A stretch of DNA of 64,000 bases from Raillietiella orientalis (lineage: Eukaryota), in contig JAYWIR010000017.1 in the NCBI GenBank assembly GCA_036172245.1, forward strand, positions 2,418,001 to 2,482,000, read 5' to 3'. The position numbers and the translations under genes were made by a program. This document shows positions 47,000-59,900 of the stretch, piece by piece; positions within the stretch are counted from its first letter, which is position 1, and every line of letters starts with the position of its first letter. The notes beneath the pieces are model-generated. The model made no database searches. It saw only the letters and a program-made list of their open reading frames with translations, and was not told the DNA's origin.

Positions 47000-49900
47000 C
47001 TGTGTGTGGTGTTCAGTGGACCAAAGTCTCCAATCTGTTACGCTGATGGCACATGATGTAACGTGCCTCTGACCGAAAGGTCATGTGCAGTAACAGGCAC
47101 CAGCAAGCACCCTTATGAAATACCAGCAGGTCGCAGTTCTTTAATCCGTTCAGAAAAGCAGATACGATCGTTGCTTCACTCCTACTTTCAAGCTTTTAAC
47201 AGTTGGACTCAATGCAGCCAGGGTACAACTGGATTAAAAGGCGAAATTCTGAACACGTAGACGAAAGATTGCCAACGTGTCGCACGCTAGCACAGAGCGG
47301 TATGCCTCCGTGGTCCAGAGAGGAGATTTGGAGATTTTTCGAATCATCCTGTTTCAAAGCATCCTGTTCCATCTGACTTTCACAAACGTTTTCGTTTTCC
47401 ATTGTTCCGCAGTGGATTTATAAATTCTCAACTGGCAGCGCTGGTTTGTTGATCAACACGAGCCTTCAACTTCATTAACGGGGGTAGTGCAAGATCTCTG
47501 GAAGCCCACAGGCTGGATCGCTCTGCTCTGCGCCCCGAAGCTTTTCATTTTGGCCCGGAGTACTACACAGGTGAAGACGAAATGAAGAGTGGGAAACGTG
47601 GGATCTTTCCAGTGTTCTGAAAAAGCACATTAGCTCTTTGTGTCAAAGAAGAGCGAGTGACCAAAGAGTACTGTTGTGTGGAACCGTTACAGAAAAAAAA
47701 AGAAAAAAGAGGAATTTTGCAATGTTGGATAAGGACTAGTAAAACTGGCCAGAGGGTACCATATGTGCAGCAGGAGATTATGTGTCTTGTACATTTTAAT
47801 CGGATGTTTTTGCCTAATCAGTACAGTAATCCAGAGGTCCACACCAGCGGATATCAACTCGACCTACTGAATTTTCAATACTAATGGAATTCTTTAAGCT
47901 CTTATGTTTTCAAAAATACAACTGCCTAAAAGCTTAATGAATTGGCAAAGAGTAGTTAGCCAACCAAATATTTGCCCGATATTTTACGTAGCAAACATGC
48001 CAGCTGGTAAACGCAAATACTTTTAAAGGCATCTCAGTCCAGTTTTTTTGTTCCGAAATACTGCTGAAGAATTCGACGAGCTCTGGCGGTCTGCTCTCAA
48101 AAAACGGAAGAGGCAGTGCACGAGGAATGTTTTTCCAAGTGGTAGACGAAAGTGGACGAACATCAAGTAAAAACAAAGCGTGCTTGCAACTGCTGCGACC
48201 GCCATCCTTATTCATAAAAGCAATGGTAGTTGAAGTTGGACCAAAAAATAACTCGAGGCAACTGACTCCATGAGTTCCTTTATATTAAGGAGCCGATCAT
48301 TCGCTGCATTATTCATCAGAAGCTCGGTGATGCAGAAGCTTGGGATAAATCAGCCGAATTCCCAGCAAAATCCGGGAAAGTGAGTAAAAGAGGCCCTAAT
48401 CACTAATAGGCCTAATAGGCTAATTTATTGGTCACAATAGGAAGTGAATGCAACGCAGTTATCCCATGTGAATTGCACTCTTGAAGAATCATGGATTTCT
48501 CTCGCACCATCGAAAGAAGGGAATTCATTTATTTTAAGAAAACATAAATGCCATGATTATTCGAATGGCGAATCATAAGTTCGATATGCTACTCTTGGAA
48601 ATGTCCGTGTCAGTTTGAATTCTATCAGTAAGAGCTTTCTAGAGAAGAGAAGTTGGTAACAGGCATTTTTTTTTGTAGTCAACGCTCTCAGCTTCCGAGC
48701 TGGGAGAGCAAAAGTTAAAATCAGGTAATCCTACGCACTTTTTCAGATCCGTTGCTGAAGAATGATTTTCGCTGAACACATGAGACAGCTATTCTCCTGC
48801 TGGAGGACAGCTGTCCTCGAATTTCAGAATTTTTGATCCTGGCTCATCCTGCTTCGCCTTGCTACAGGAAAGTCTAGGAAGAAGTAGAGAATGCGCATGT
48901 GGAGTCTCCCGATTTTGAATATGGTACCGATTTCGTTGCGAAGCACCAAGCGTTCCATTGGAGAGTTTGATTCCTTCCTGCCCCGGGGAAACTATCCTGG
49001 GAAACGCCCCCTGATACAAAGGATATCTTGAATAGGAGGAGCAATCACTTCGCTTTTCCTCCCAGAAAATGCACGAAACGCGCTCAGTGCCTTTCAAATC
49101 GGAAATGAAAAAACTTTCGAGAGCTACTTTCCGTACATCGGATAGGTTGTTTGCAATTAACCTAATCCATGTACGAAAAGTGTATGGATCGGTACGAGCA
49201 GTATGTATCCATGTACTAAATCCATGCCAGAGAACTGGGGAACAACCATTTGCCTCAAGCAGGTTAGCATGACTTCAGGAGACGAGGAATATTTGCATAG
49301 CACACTCGAATGAAGAGTTGATAAACTCTTCATTGCAGATAGTTGATAAACTATCTGCAATCCAGGTACGTCTCACATATTATGCCTTCCTGGATTTCTT
49401 CCAGTCTCCGATGCAATTAAATAAAGTGATGTAACTTCCCGCAAAACACGGATACAGAACTCGGATACACCAAAGTGAACTTTTCCCATCGAAAAATGGA
49501 GTTTTTGTTTTCAATGCTAGTTTGAAAACTTGCATGAATATAATAAACCTGGCTTAAAACTTGGAGCCGTGTAATTAATGGCGTTTTGGTCCAGGCAGAA
49601 AGCAGGCTACATCCAAGCAAGGCTCTCAGAGAATCTCCTTAGAAAGCAATTAGAAATATATCTGAAAGTTGCACAAAGTTTACGTGGCCCATCTGTGCAG
49701 TTGAATTTTTCATGAATTTTTCTCAGATGAGTTGTTTATAAAAGACTTCTGCATTCCTTGAAATGGAGTTGCCAAGGATGTCGGGCAAATCTTATGAAAT
49801 GGAAGCAGTTTCGAAACTTCCAAAGTGGTGTTGCCCCACGACGAACAGAAGTGAACATTCAGTCGACTCCAGCTCAAGATTGCTTTCAGAATGAGCGAGG

Positions 49901-51000
49901 AATTTTCCCTCGCAGCCTCTGTCATTTGTCTTTTCTTTTCTCCTAGCGAAATGAATAAACCTTCGAAAATAATAAAAATAATTGAAGAAAAGAAAACAAA
50001 AAAACAGCGTACATTATGCTGCTGCACCGTGCTCGATAACTTGGAAAAGTGTTGGACACTTTGCAACAAATCAGCCTTTGCTCAAGTATTTGGAGAACAT
50101 ATTTGTACAATGACGGCCTACGCAGCTTAGATCTAGGAGAAACGCTTGTTTGCAATTGGATCGATCATGACTGCGAATGATTTTATAAGCATCCTTGAAA
50201 ACTCCCAAAAGGCGATGAGGTTCGCAGAACGCAGAAATAAGCGATTCTCTTTGCTCCTAGAGAACGAATCTTTCTCTCCAGAAAGAGCACATGTTAATCC
50301 AGGATGCGAGCTGCTCTCAAGATGCCGTTCGGCTTTTGGAATTCGAGGAAGTCGTCTTTCTCTCCGGAACGCCAAATCTTTCCAAGTCTTATCCTTCATC
50401 ACACACCGCAGCCAGTATCCGCCCAATCGAATCACTTCCATTTTCTTTCTAATGGGAGGTCACTCCGCGTCGCCATGGTGTCATGAGATTTGAGCGACTC
50501 CAGATTTCTTGTCCGCATTCCTCGGAAGAGCATCGGCAGAAGGGATGCAAGCTGCAGTCAGCGGGAAGAAGGGAGAAAAAGGGGCTGCAGGAAGAAAAGG
50601 AGCACGATATGCCATGCAAGAACATAGTTGCTCAAGAGAAGATCAGTTTCCATGGAGGAAGAAGTCTGCGCGGGCTTAATCGGTTCAAAGGTCAAAATAA
50701 AACGGCTGCGGCTAAGCTGACAGCTTTGATTTTTTTCTTCTACCAACGAAGCTGAGAAGATGGAACTTTCCATAAGCCATTTAGACAATTCCTCCAAGGT
50801 GGAAAGCGAATTCGAAAAATTCGGGGTACCGCAGTTTGGTGTGAGATGTATCGACGCCTTCAAAATCTTCGTAACAGTGAGAATCGGGAATAACCTAAGA
50901 TGCTGGACAACTGTGTTTTGGACAAAATCATGTTTGGATCCGGGCACGATGCAAGAACGCCTCTAGAATTAGGCTGCTGCATGCTGGGGGAAAATCATTT
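47000..51000 (+). mobile_element. Decayed L1-like ORF2 (APE remnant ~47400-47600; RT remnant ~49900-50950)
   Basis: VQDLWKP...EAFHF (cf. L.D.WR..HP...FTF); NGRSLRVAMVS*...QISCPHS (cf. NG.....F...RGVRQGCPLS). The two parts may be separate copies. Confidence 0.35.
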
Positions 51001-52699
51001 TGCCCAAGATTCAGCTCCGAGGTTCAAATTCAATTTCCTTTTGAATTATTAGCAGATCCCGAAGACTTCCTTTCATCCTGCTAACCAAAGACTTTGGTCT
51101 TTGGTTCCTTTCCAGGATCAGGTTGTGAAGCAATATCATGGAAGCTTCACGCCACATGTAGATTCGCACATAGGATATTCGTGTACACTCATCGTGCGCA
51201 TCTACTTTTATCGACGAAGTTGCACGTTGTATCCATAAACATAAGTGTAGTATGTACGAAAAGAACAGAGCAGGCAATATGAACGTGGAAAACACCAAGA
51301 GAGTACCTGTTGAGCATGGAATTGAAACCAGGATGTTCTAGATTGCTGGAGTGAGCGACGGGAACCACTAGGATAAGGAATTCGGTGGCAGTCACAGCAG
51401 ATAAGTAGGTCCGCGGACAGAGAATAGGCGGGAATGACTAGGCGGGAAAACCGAGCAGAACGCGCGCCTCCTCAAGACGGAAACAGAAGAATGAAAGTCT
51501 TCCAATTTTGCACGCTGTGAATCTTCCTGGGTGTTTCCCATTCCAGACAGTCAGCATCGCCTGGTCTTGATTAGAGGACTTGTAATCATTTTCACCAGCT
51601 GCCTGTTGCACTCCTGCTCAGCTATCATTCACTCCCATCTGATTCGAACGTCCTTCATCCAAAGTGCTCAGTCTGCGCAGTGAATCGAATCCGAGCACAT
51701 TCTCTGTACTGTACAAGAATCTTGGAAAAGCCACAAAACTGGTTCATAGCTCAAGGAACGTTGACTCCCTTCAGGTCATGCGTGTTGACCGATTCAGTCG
51801 CCACTGTTGTGCTGATTCACTGCTCACGTCCGCTCCGTGAATCGCGAACAAAACATATTACAGGATAGAGAGCTCAGGCCGTTGTAGTCTGTGGATGCAG
51901 ACTCTACAGCTGTTTTCATGACTGCGCATTCTTCTTCAGGTGGTCGAAACTTCACTCTCTCTAGGGTGCTACTGAACTATGCAGAAGATTTACGCAGGAG
52001 ACCTGTAGATGAATGTTTTCTCCTTCGACCAATGGAAAAATGGCATTTTATTGGGTTTCCCCGCCATGCACGCAGCTTCCGAGGCATGCCATGACGTAGA
52101 AAGATAGGAAAGGAAGGCTGCAAAGGAAGGTCTTTGGAAATGGCATCCGGTCTTCAAAGGCAGGAGCTGAGAAGAGCAATATTCCACGAATACGTCGAAA
52201 ATTAGATTTTGGAAACATGATCAGGGATGCTAATCTATGACGAACGGGTTTTCACTCTTCTTTTGACATACCATTTCTTTCAACTTCCAACTTCTTTCCA
52301 GCACCGATCAGGGCGTTCCGCTTAAAGTGACGATTGTGTACAACTCGTGCAAAAATCGCAGAAATTCCTTTTTCTCCCCCCTTTTCCCAAGAACGAACGA
52401 GAGAACTTCTGTGATTGTGCCGGGATTCGTTCGTGAATTCTGGGAATTTCGCCATGTTTCCATCTCCTCAACGAATGCCTGCAATGCACTTCACAGCTTG
52501 CGTTTCTTCATTCCCTGAGCACTCGGAATCGATTCGACAGAGCATTCACTTTCGTGACGGGAAAAGGCACGATGGGAGAATGAAAGGAACGAACATCCCC
52601 TCAAACGAATTGTACAACATGCGCTTGTAAGGAATTTGAAGCAGGACGTACACGAATAAAAGTCGCCCTTTCTAGCGTGGAGGCGTGATCGTTAAAGCA

Positions 52700-55300
52700 A
52701 ACAACCACAAAGCGTGGAGACGGTTGGCATGGAGCAGTGGCTTTCGATCCTCAAACGAGGAAAACGTCATTTCGCAAGGCGATCATCAAGCAAACGCGGG
52801 ATCGATGAAATCCAATCTTCCGCGCGGGAATTCAATGGGAAATTAAAAACCCTCCGTGGAACCTCGGCTGGGCCGAGGCGAGCCCACCGAAACGGCTTGA
52901 TTTGGACGGCAGAGGCGGCTGGCGAGCTTCCTCTACATTCTAGTTCGGTGGATCAAATCTCCAAGGTGCCATAATCTGATGGAGCCATTTCGTTCGAATG
53001 CACTTTCCCGATTCCAGGAGAGGTGCGTGCCGGTTGGTACAAAATTTTCTGTGGGTATGGAGATTACAAGCGGATGCTGCGGTGGCACGCCCTCGTTTTC
53101 TCCAATTTTGTGAGACTTTGCACCAGCAAAACTAACCGACTGGTGTTCATTACTTCATAAATAACTTTCGACTTTGCAGATAACCAGCAAGCCTGCGTGC
53201 TGATCTCCTTGGACCTCGGAAGGAAGGCAGCAGAAATAACGCAGTCATTCAATGCTTCAAGCAGTTGGTTTCATTTGTTAATGGTTAGGCACGGTCTGAT
53301 GGGAGGAAAGAAACATCCAAGGAACTCTTCCGCATTGTCCCGGAATTCTTTGGGAAAGATTCCCAAACAACGCACCGGTGGCGCGTTTGGAAACGTAGCA
53401 ATGAAATGAGCGTTCCTGACTGATGAACTTCCTCGTCGCAGCCCGGATGCGTCGGGATTCAAGCCCAGGAAAATCACATGGATCGGTGATAGAAATTGGA
53501 ACGAAAACCTTATCGAATAAGGAAATGAGTGGAATCCGAAGGCGATCCATGTGGTAACGGCGATCCATAAGGTAAACGAGATTCTGCCCATAAAGCTGAG
53601 TTTTAATTTCCTTACTAATTGGATGCCACCTGAATGGCTTCGTTAGCCTGAAGTCGGTTTTTACCAACACTGAAAGCAATTATCGCAAACTCAATTACGC
53701 AAAAAGTTGTTTACATCAATAAGCGTCCCAAAAGCGGCATTTCCCTGTAAAACGCAAAGGCGCAAACTCGCCTTGTTATCTCGACGTCCAATTTAAAGCG
53801 TCCCGGTAGCGAGCCTTAGGTGGAGAGGAGGGGGAGGGGAAAGGTGCCCTAGGAGAGCGGGAAGCAAGCGATTCCGATTCCCGGAATGCCCTTCCGAAGC
53901 GTGGCGCAATCAAAGCATTCTTCCCGCTAAGTGAAAATCAAACGCACAATATGTCTTTCAATTAATAATTTACCACGCATTTGGCCGAAACACGCTCTCA
54001 GCTTCATTCCATCTTGTGCTCCCGAGCGCGAATCTGTGTGCATTCCCGAGACCTTTTTTTTTTTTGTCCTCCTTTTTTTTTCTTTTTTTTTTTTCCCCCG
54101 GGTGTTTTTCGGGTGGGAAGGAGTTCCAGCCAGAAACACCTGCCCTGCGTATCCGTTGGTTTGGCAAGGCCTCACAGTGCCCCAAGTGGTGACTACGGCT
54201 TACGTTGGCGTTTTTCTCCCGGTGGTTTCCTTCCTTGAGATCACACACGGAGCGATCTTGCAGTTCCCTTTTATCTTTCGTTCCCTTATTTTTTTACGTA
54301 TGTTTTCAGGATTCCGGTCTTGTTCTGCGCTGTCCGCACCTTTTGAGTTATCTAATTATTTGAAGATGGGATCGAGTTCATGTTTCGACCCATCCGGGAA
54401 TCTTCCGAGGATGAGATTCTTCAAGATATCAAGATATCATTCCAGAAGATCTTGTGACCTTTTGATGGCTCGAGGAGGTTAGGCGTTTCTCTGTTCCAGG
54501 CCTCTTCCTGCTCAAGAATTAAAGTGGAAATTCGCTCCCATGCCCATGTCAAACAGTGTGCAGGTGCCGCCAGTTGGGCCACACAGTCCTCGCGGATCCA
54601 GCAAATTAGACAATACACAAGCCACTGGGAACGAGGGAAATGCACCCCGCCGAAGGGCGGGCAGGACCCCTTCCGAAAGCTTCAAACCCCCGCCCCCCCC
54701 GCGCGTAGGAAATCAAACGAAGTTGCCCCAAGAGGACGAAAATGAATTTCGATTTTTTTTTTCTTCTCCGAATCGCGAGAATTTTCAGCACCAGCCGCCT
54801 CCGTTGTCGTGCCTGCCTGCCTCATTTCTTCTCCTGTAGCTCTCGCTCGTTCTGCTCCCCTCGTTTTTTCATCCGCCAAAGTCTCTCCGGAACGGTAAGT
54901 CGTCCTTGCGCTTTGTTTTGCTTGCGTTGCGGCGGAGCACGCGCAGCGTGGAAGAACCCTTGGAAAGGTTCCCGTGACGTGATTTTGACTTGGATGACAG
55001 TTGTCCCCAACAAGCTGGCGAGGCAATTCATGAAGGCAGAAGAGGAAGAGAGAGCTCTTCTTCTTTTGCGCGCGCATGCGTCATCCGAGGTAATCATATC
55101 ATACGCCGTGGCTGCCATCAAACTTGGAACTTTCGGACACAAACATAAGAGTTATGAATTGGCGCGACTTACGCCGGTAAGTCTGCAACTTATGAATGGG
55201 GACCCATTCTTCGCGGGGTTCTCCATCCAGCTCTTCCGCGATTGACAGGAACCTACTTTCACAGCGAACATCGAGCAATCCAACTCCCCCCCTCCAGTTG
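52700..55300 (+). mobile_element. Decayed L1/Tx1-like ORF2 (late RT to zinc-binding region)
   Basis: ASGFKPRKITWIG (~53450; cf. ASGLKIN..KS..WIG) and CALFCLRCGGARAAWK (~54910; H.LF.C....W-like). Confidence 0.4.
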
Positions 55301-57699
55301 CATAAAAATACGTAATCCATGTTTGGGTGGATTCCAAATTTTCAGCGGGATGGAAAAACTGGATCTAAAGATAGGAGACTTTTGTGGTCACCTAGAGGAT
55401 TTCAGAGCTTCAATGATTTTCCCCGTGTCACTCATCTCAAGTATCATACACTACCGGATCTCTGTTTGAAGGAAGCGTTCATTTCAAGGCATGCACCCCT
55501 ATAGAACATGTAATTATCTACTCTTTAATTACTTATCATAGATATGGATTTGAAAATACCCTCCATGCCTAACTTTCCATGCTAAGTGAAACTGTCCGTT
55601 AATTCGCGGCTCATATCTTGAGATCAAATGGAGGAAAAAAAAAAAAAAAAACCGAGAATTATATTAATGAATGATGGAATCGAAATCAAAGTATTTCACG
55701 ACGAGGAGGAAGGAGGTGAATTTCGGGAAAATTCAGTAAATCTCAGGCTCGCTCTGCGTGTGTTTGTCAACTTCACCTCCAGGGTATTAATGATCCCAAG
55801 GACTTCTAACGCTACCGTTTTGAATGGACATTTAGATGGCAAATTTATTGAGGCTGTTGCTCCTAGTATTAGTTACAATGAACTGAGATGTTGGTATCCC
55901 TGAGCTTCCGACCTGCGTGCTTTTCGCAGGGAGGTGCACACGGAAGACAGCATTTGACCTCGGGGCTACCTCGCGTCTAAGGGCTTGGTGGGCAAACGCT
56001 GCATCGCATGGGGAAGCTTAGTGAGATTTCTCGTAAGACGCAGCACGATCTTTCTACGACCTTTCGGGATTTAAGGATTTCCGCTTCACGTTTCCTGGAA
56101 TTTCGAAAATTCCTCGTTGCTACTGAGCAGGGATCGCGATACGGACATGAGTCCCGTGTGCCCAGTTTATTTACAAATAGCGAAGGAATAATCACGAAAA
56201 GTAGATCCGAAGAGCAATTCTAAATCTATGGAACCACTGGTTCGAACGTCATATAAATGCAAAGCTGATTTCAGTGACCACTTGACGAATACATTCGCAC
56301 ACCAAGCAGTACAAAATAAATAAAAGTGATATATGTTGAGAACTCGCGGATTTTCCAGATCAGTGGGTTTCAGGGAAGTGGCAGTTGCAGAAGTCAATGT
56401 AGTGGTAGCGAGTATGAGGGACAACATGGTGATATGTACAGGTGTCTCCATGAAAAAAATAGCAAGCGTTCTTATGCTGAGGCGGGAACGAATGTGTCAC
56501 TCATTAATGCCAATTTTTCAAAACGAAGGTACACAAACCAAGTTGTGAACGTCCTTGGAAGAAAGCAAAGAGAGAAAGCAGTTGCGGGCTTCCTGGATGA
56601 CCTCTCGGGTCAAATCACAGTCTGCTGCTTCAGATTCTGGCTCGAATCGTAGCCTGACAAAAATCTCACAGTTGCTAGCAGCCGGTTGCTTAGGATGATT
56701 CTTAACTGGCAGCTCTGATTACATTCTCGATGGGATTATTTTATCATTATTTTTTTTTTGGTTCTTAGTCGCGACACGAATTTCCTTCTTGCTCAAGGTG
56801 CACTTTGATCTTGAAGATACTGCTCTGTAGCTCGAAAATCGATCTATTTCATCTGAAAAGACTCCATCTAAAGAATTTTCTTGTATTGCTCGTGTTGTCT
56901 TGAGCACCAACGAAAATTCCGTTTCTCCAAAAAAATGACTTTTTTTTTCCCTTGCCAACCATTCGCGCTTGAAGTCATTCCTCTAAATGAACATATCAAA
57001 AACCAGTCTTCTTACCAATGTTTCCGGAATTCTCATCTTGCCTGATGCTGTAAACGATCTGAATGCCTGCTATGAGGAAAGTAAATCATTTTGAATTTTC
57101 GCCTTCTGCAAACATCATTTGAAGTGTATATTAAAGTTGCACACGGAATTTCCTGTTCTTGGGTGAACGAGCAGCATTGTGCACACAAAAATGACTTGGT
57201 AATTCCCAAAATTAACGTAACAAATTCCTCTCCTGAAATTTCGATCTGATTTGGTTGATTTCCTATATTTATTGCATTATTTCATGTATTATAATGGACG
57301 ATGCACAAAATATTGTATGAAGTCCTGATGTAACAAAGTTTTCAATGTGCATCATCTCGCAAGGCGTAGGTAGTCTGAGTTCTTGGCATGCTTTCTGGAA
57401 TGTTCCTCGACCTTCACATGCAGTGTTATACCTTCACAGACGTAGTGCATAGTGAATAAGATACCAACACGTTTTGTAATTTACAGTACTTTCGGAAGTG
57501 TACTGTTTTTTTCTAGACATGACATCGTCACTAATGGGGATTGTATTTTTCGTTACCATTAAGTGCACGAACATGGGATTTGAATACACCTCATACACGC
57601 TGTTCTGTTTGTTTCGAAAACTTTTCTCACCGACCTTCCTCAGGGCTCAGAGCCGCTAACACTCTCTTGTGATGGTGAATACCTCATCCAAGATTGCGG

Positions 57700-59900
57700 A
57701 AAGAGTAGACTCCAGTCACTTGAAATTCTTTGAAGGACTGCCCCAAATATAAAGTCGAGGTACTTTCCATAATAAAGTCGAGCGTACAAAATGTGAATGA
57801 AGTTTTGTTTGAGTCCATCGAAATGTGCGGCAGAAGTTGCTTTTCTGGGCAAGAAGGATGGAACAGCTTCCATCATCAGCACGTGCGAAGTGACGGTAAC
57901 CACAAGTGTATAAAGCCATGTGGAAGTTAAAAGAAGGCACGCTGTATCTGCACGATTGTAATGCATCCAGAAGCAGCAAATTCGTCAAATACGGAACATA
58001 TGGAAGGGCAAGCAAGGTCACGACGATATGGTTTCAGCGCGGAGAAACTGGGAACGATTGCTATGCAGGGCAGTTACAAGATTGCTGATGGGATAAAATC
58101 AGTGCCCGGTATTTTCCGGGAAAATGGGGATCCGGAAAAACAAAAATGTGTTTGAGATTCGATGTCCCGTTGATTTGTAGAATTCGGACGAGAATGAAGA
58201 TTGACCACCTCCTGCTCCCAGATCAAAAACCAGGAGCTCGAAAGCGAGTAACCTACCTCGATCTCAGTCGCATCAAGTGTGTCTGTCTGCAACCATCGAA
58301 GTGGAGAGTACCAGAGACATCAGTGACTGCAAACAGGGAAACCACAAAATGGCGCATCACGGAAGGAGCTGCAAGGATGGCACAAGCATCAGAGAAGTCA
58401 GGGTCACGAAAAACACCATGGAGCAGTGAATGCAGCATTTGAGCAGCATCCATCGAAGTGATTCGCCGGCAGTCGCAAGCAGCGTCAGCTTTTCACAAGC
58501 AGTACATTCTGGCGGAATGGTACGTGAATTCCTTGCCATCCAATTTAGATTCTGTAGCTACGCGATGATTCCTATTGCAGCGGCAACCCGAAGAAGGACA
58601 ATGTCAAGTTTACCTTCTCAGATTAGAAAGTAACAGATCTGAGTTTTGCGTCCCTAATTTTTGAGCAGCGTGACGACCCATCTGTGGTTTTCATGTATCT
58701 GTGGTTCCTTCAGTTTTCAACGTGTTCCAGAAAATGTGGATGGAGATGGGACACGAGACCCGATGGCTGCAACATTAGACGCTCAGGAGAGAAATCTTGA
58801 TGGTTCAGGTATCTTCCGGGTGGGCGTTGGTCAAACTAGCACGAAATACGCTCTGCAGTCACAAACGCTCTTAGGGAATTTGAAGTTTATGGAAAATTGG
58901 CTCGCAGAATGAATGAAGGAATAGAAAACCAAAAGCAACTCTTGTGGAATCGGAGATGATTCCGCAAGAATTTACGATTTCTTTGTTCTCTAGGTTGGAC
59001 TGCGGCATTCGCACTGACGATCAGAGTGTGAGAAAGCACACGCAGCGATTAAGCTTCCTTGTCCTTCAGAAAGAGACCTTTAGCTGCGCTTAACGTGTTC
59101 ACTTATCCCAAATTAATTACCTCCTCCTTAGATAGAAAAAAAAAAAAAAAGGAAATGAACAACGACAAGGTGAAATGAGCTCCAGGCTTTCAAAACCCTT
59201 GTACGAACCTATCTTTATTCGTTCTTTGGCAAAATCTGTGGAGCTCCATGGGATCATGAAAGTCAGAAACAAAAAAATTCATGGGTAAGCCCTTGGCTTT
59301 TTGAAAGACGGTGTTTTCGAGAGGCGGCGGACAGTGGATGGAAGCCGAATTGTGACTTTTCTTTTAGAAATATTTGACAAGTTCCCAAGTTTCCCGCTTC
59401 TTTGTGGGGCGTCCAGGGTCCTGTTTGCATGAGAATTCATGAAATCCGATTCCAGCAACCAGCCACATAAGCAGTTCAAAGGCTTCTGCATCAGAGAATG
59501 GAAACGGGAAAGATGGTGTTGCCAGCTTGCATCGGCTGCAAGGGCGATGTTTATTTTTCCTCTGCAGAGTTTCCCAAGTGAAGGATGCCGTGCTGCCAAT
59601 GAAGACAACATGTCTGCGCAGTTACCAGCCAATGCTTCAAACTGAATCATCCTCCAGCTTCAAAATCACACCCCATCTTGGAATAGCGGAAGAACATTTG
59701 AGGATGTTTCCTAGGCGTAATCCACATGCGGTCTTATTGCAGCAGCCACACTACGATGGCTAACAACTTGACCATATCTTAAGGGGGATCTCATTCAGGA
59801 TCATTGCAGATACACATCTTCGCCACCGGCAACAGCTCCCTGATGCTTTCATTTACACTCTAGATGACCTAAGGCTGCCACTTGCTTTTAGGTCTCGTTG
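57700..59900 (+). mobile_element. Decayed L1-like ORF2 fragment
   Basis: TIWFQRGETGN (cf. W...GEK.T.YF), ILAEWYVN (cf. GL.AEFY), VDGSRIVTF (cf. VNG.....F), HLGI (cf. YLGI), in order. Confidence 0.4.
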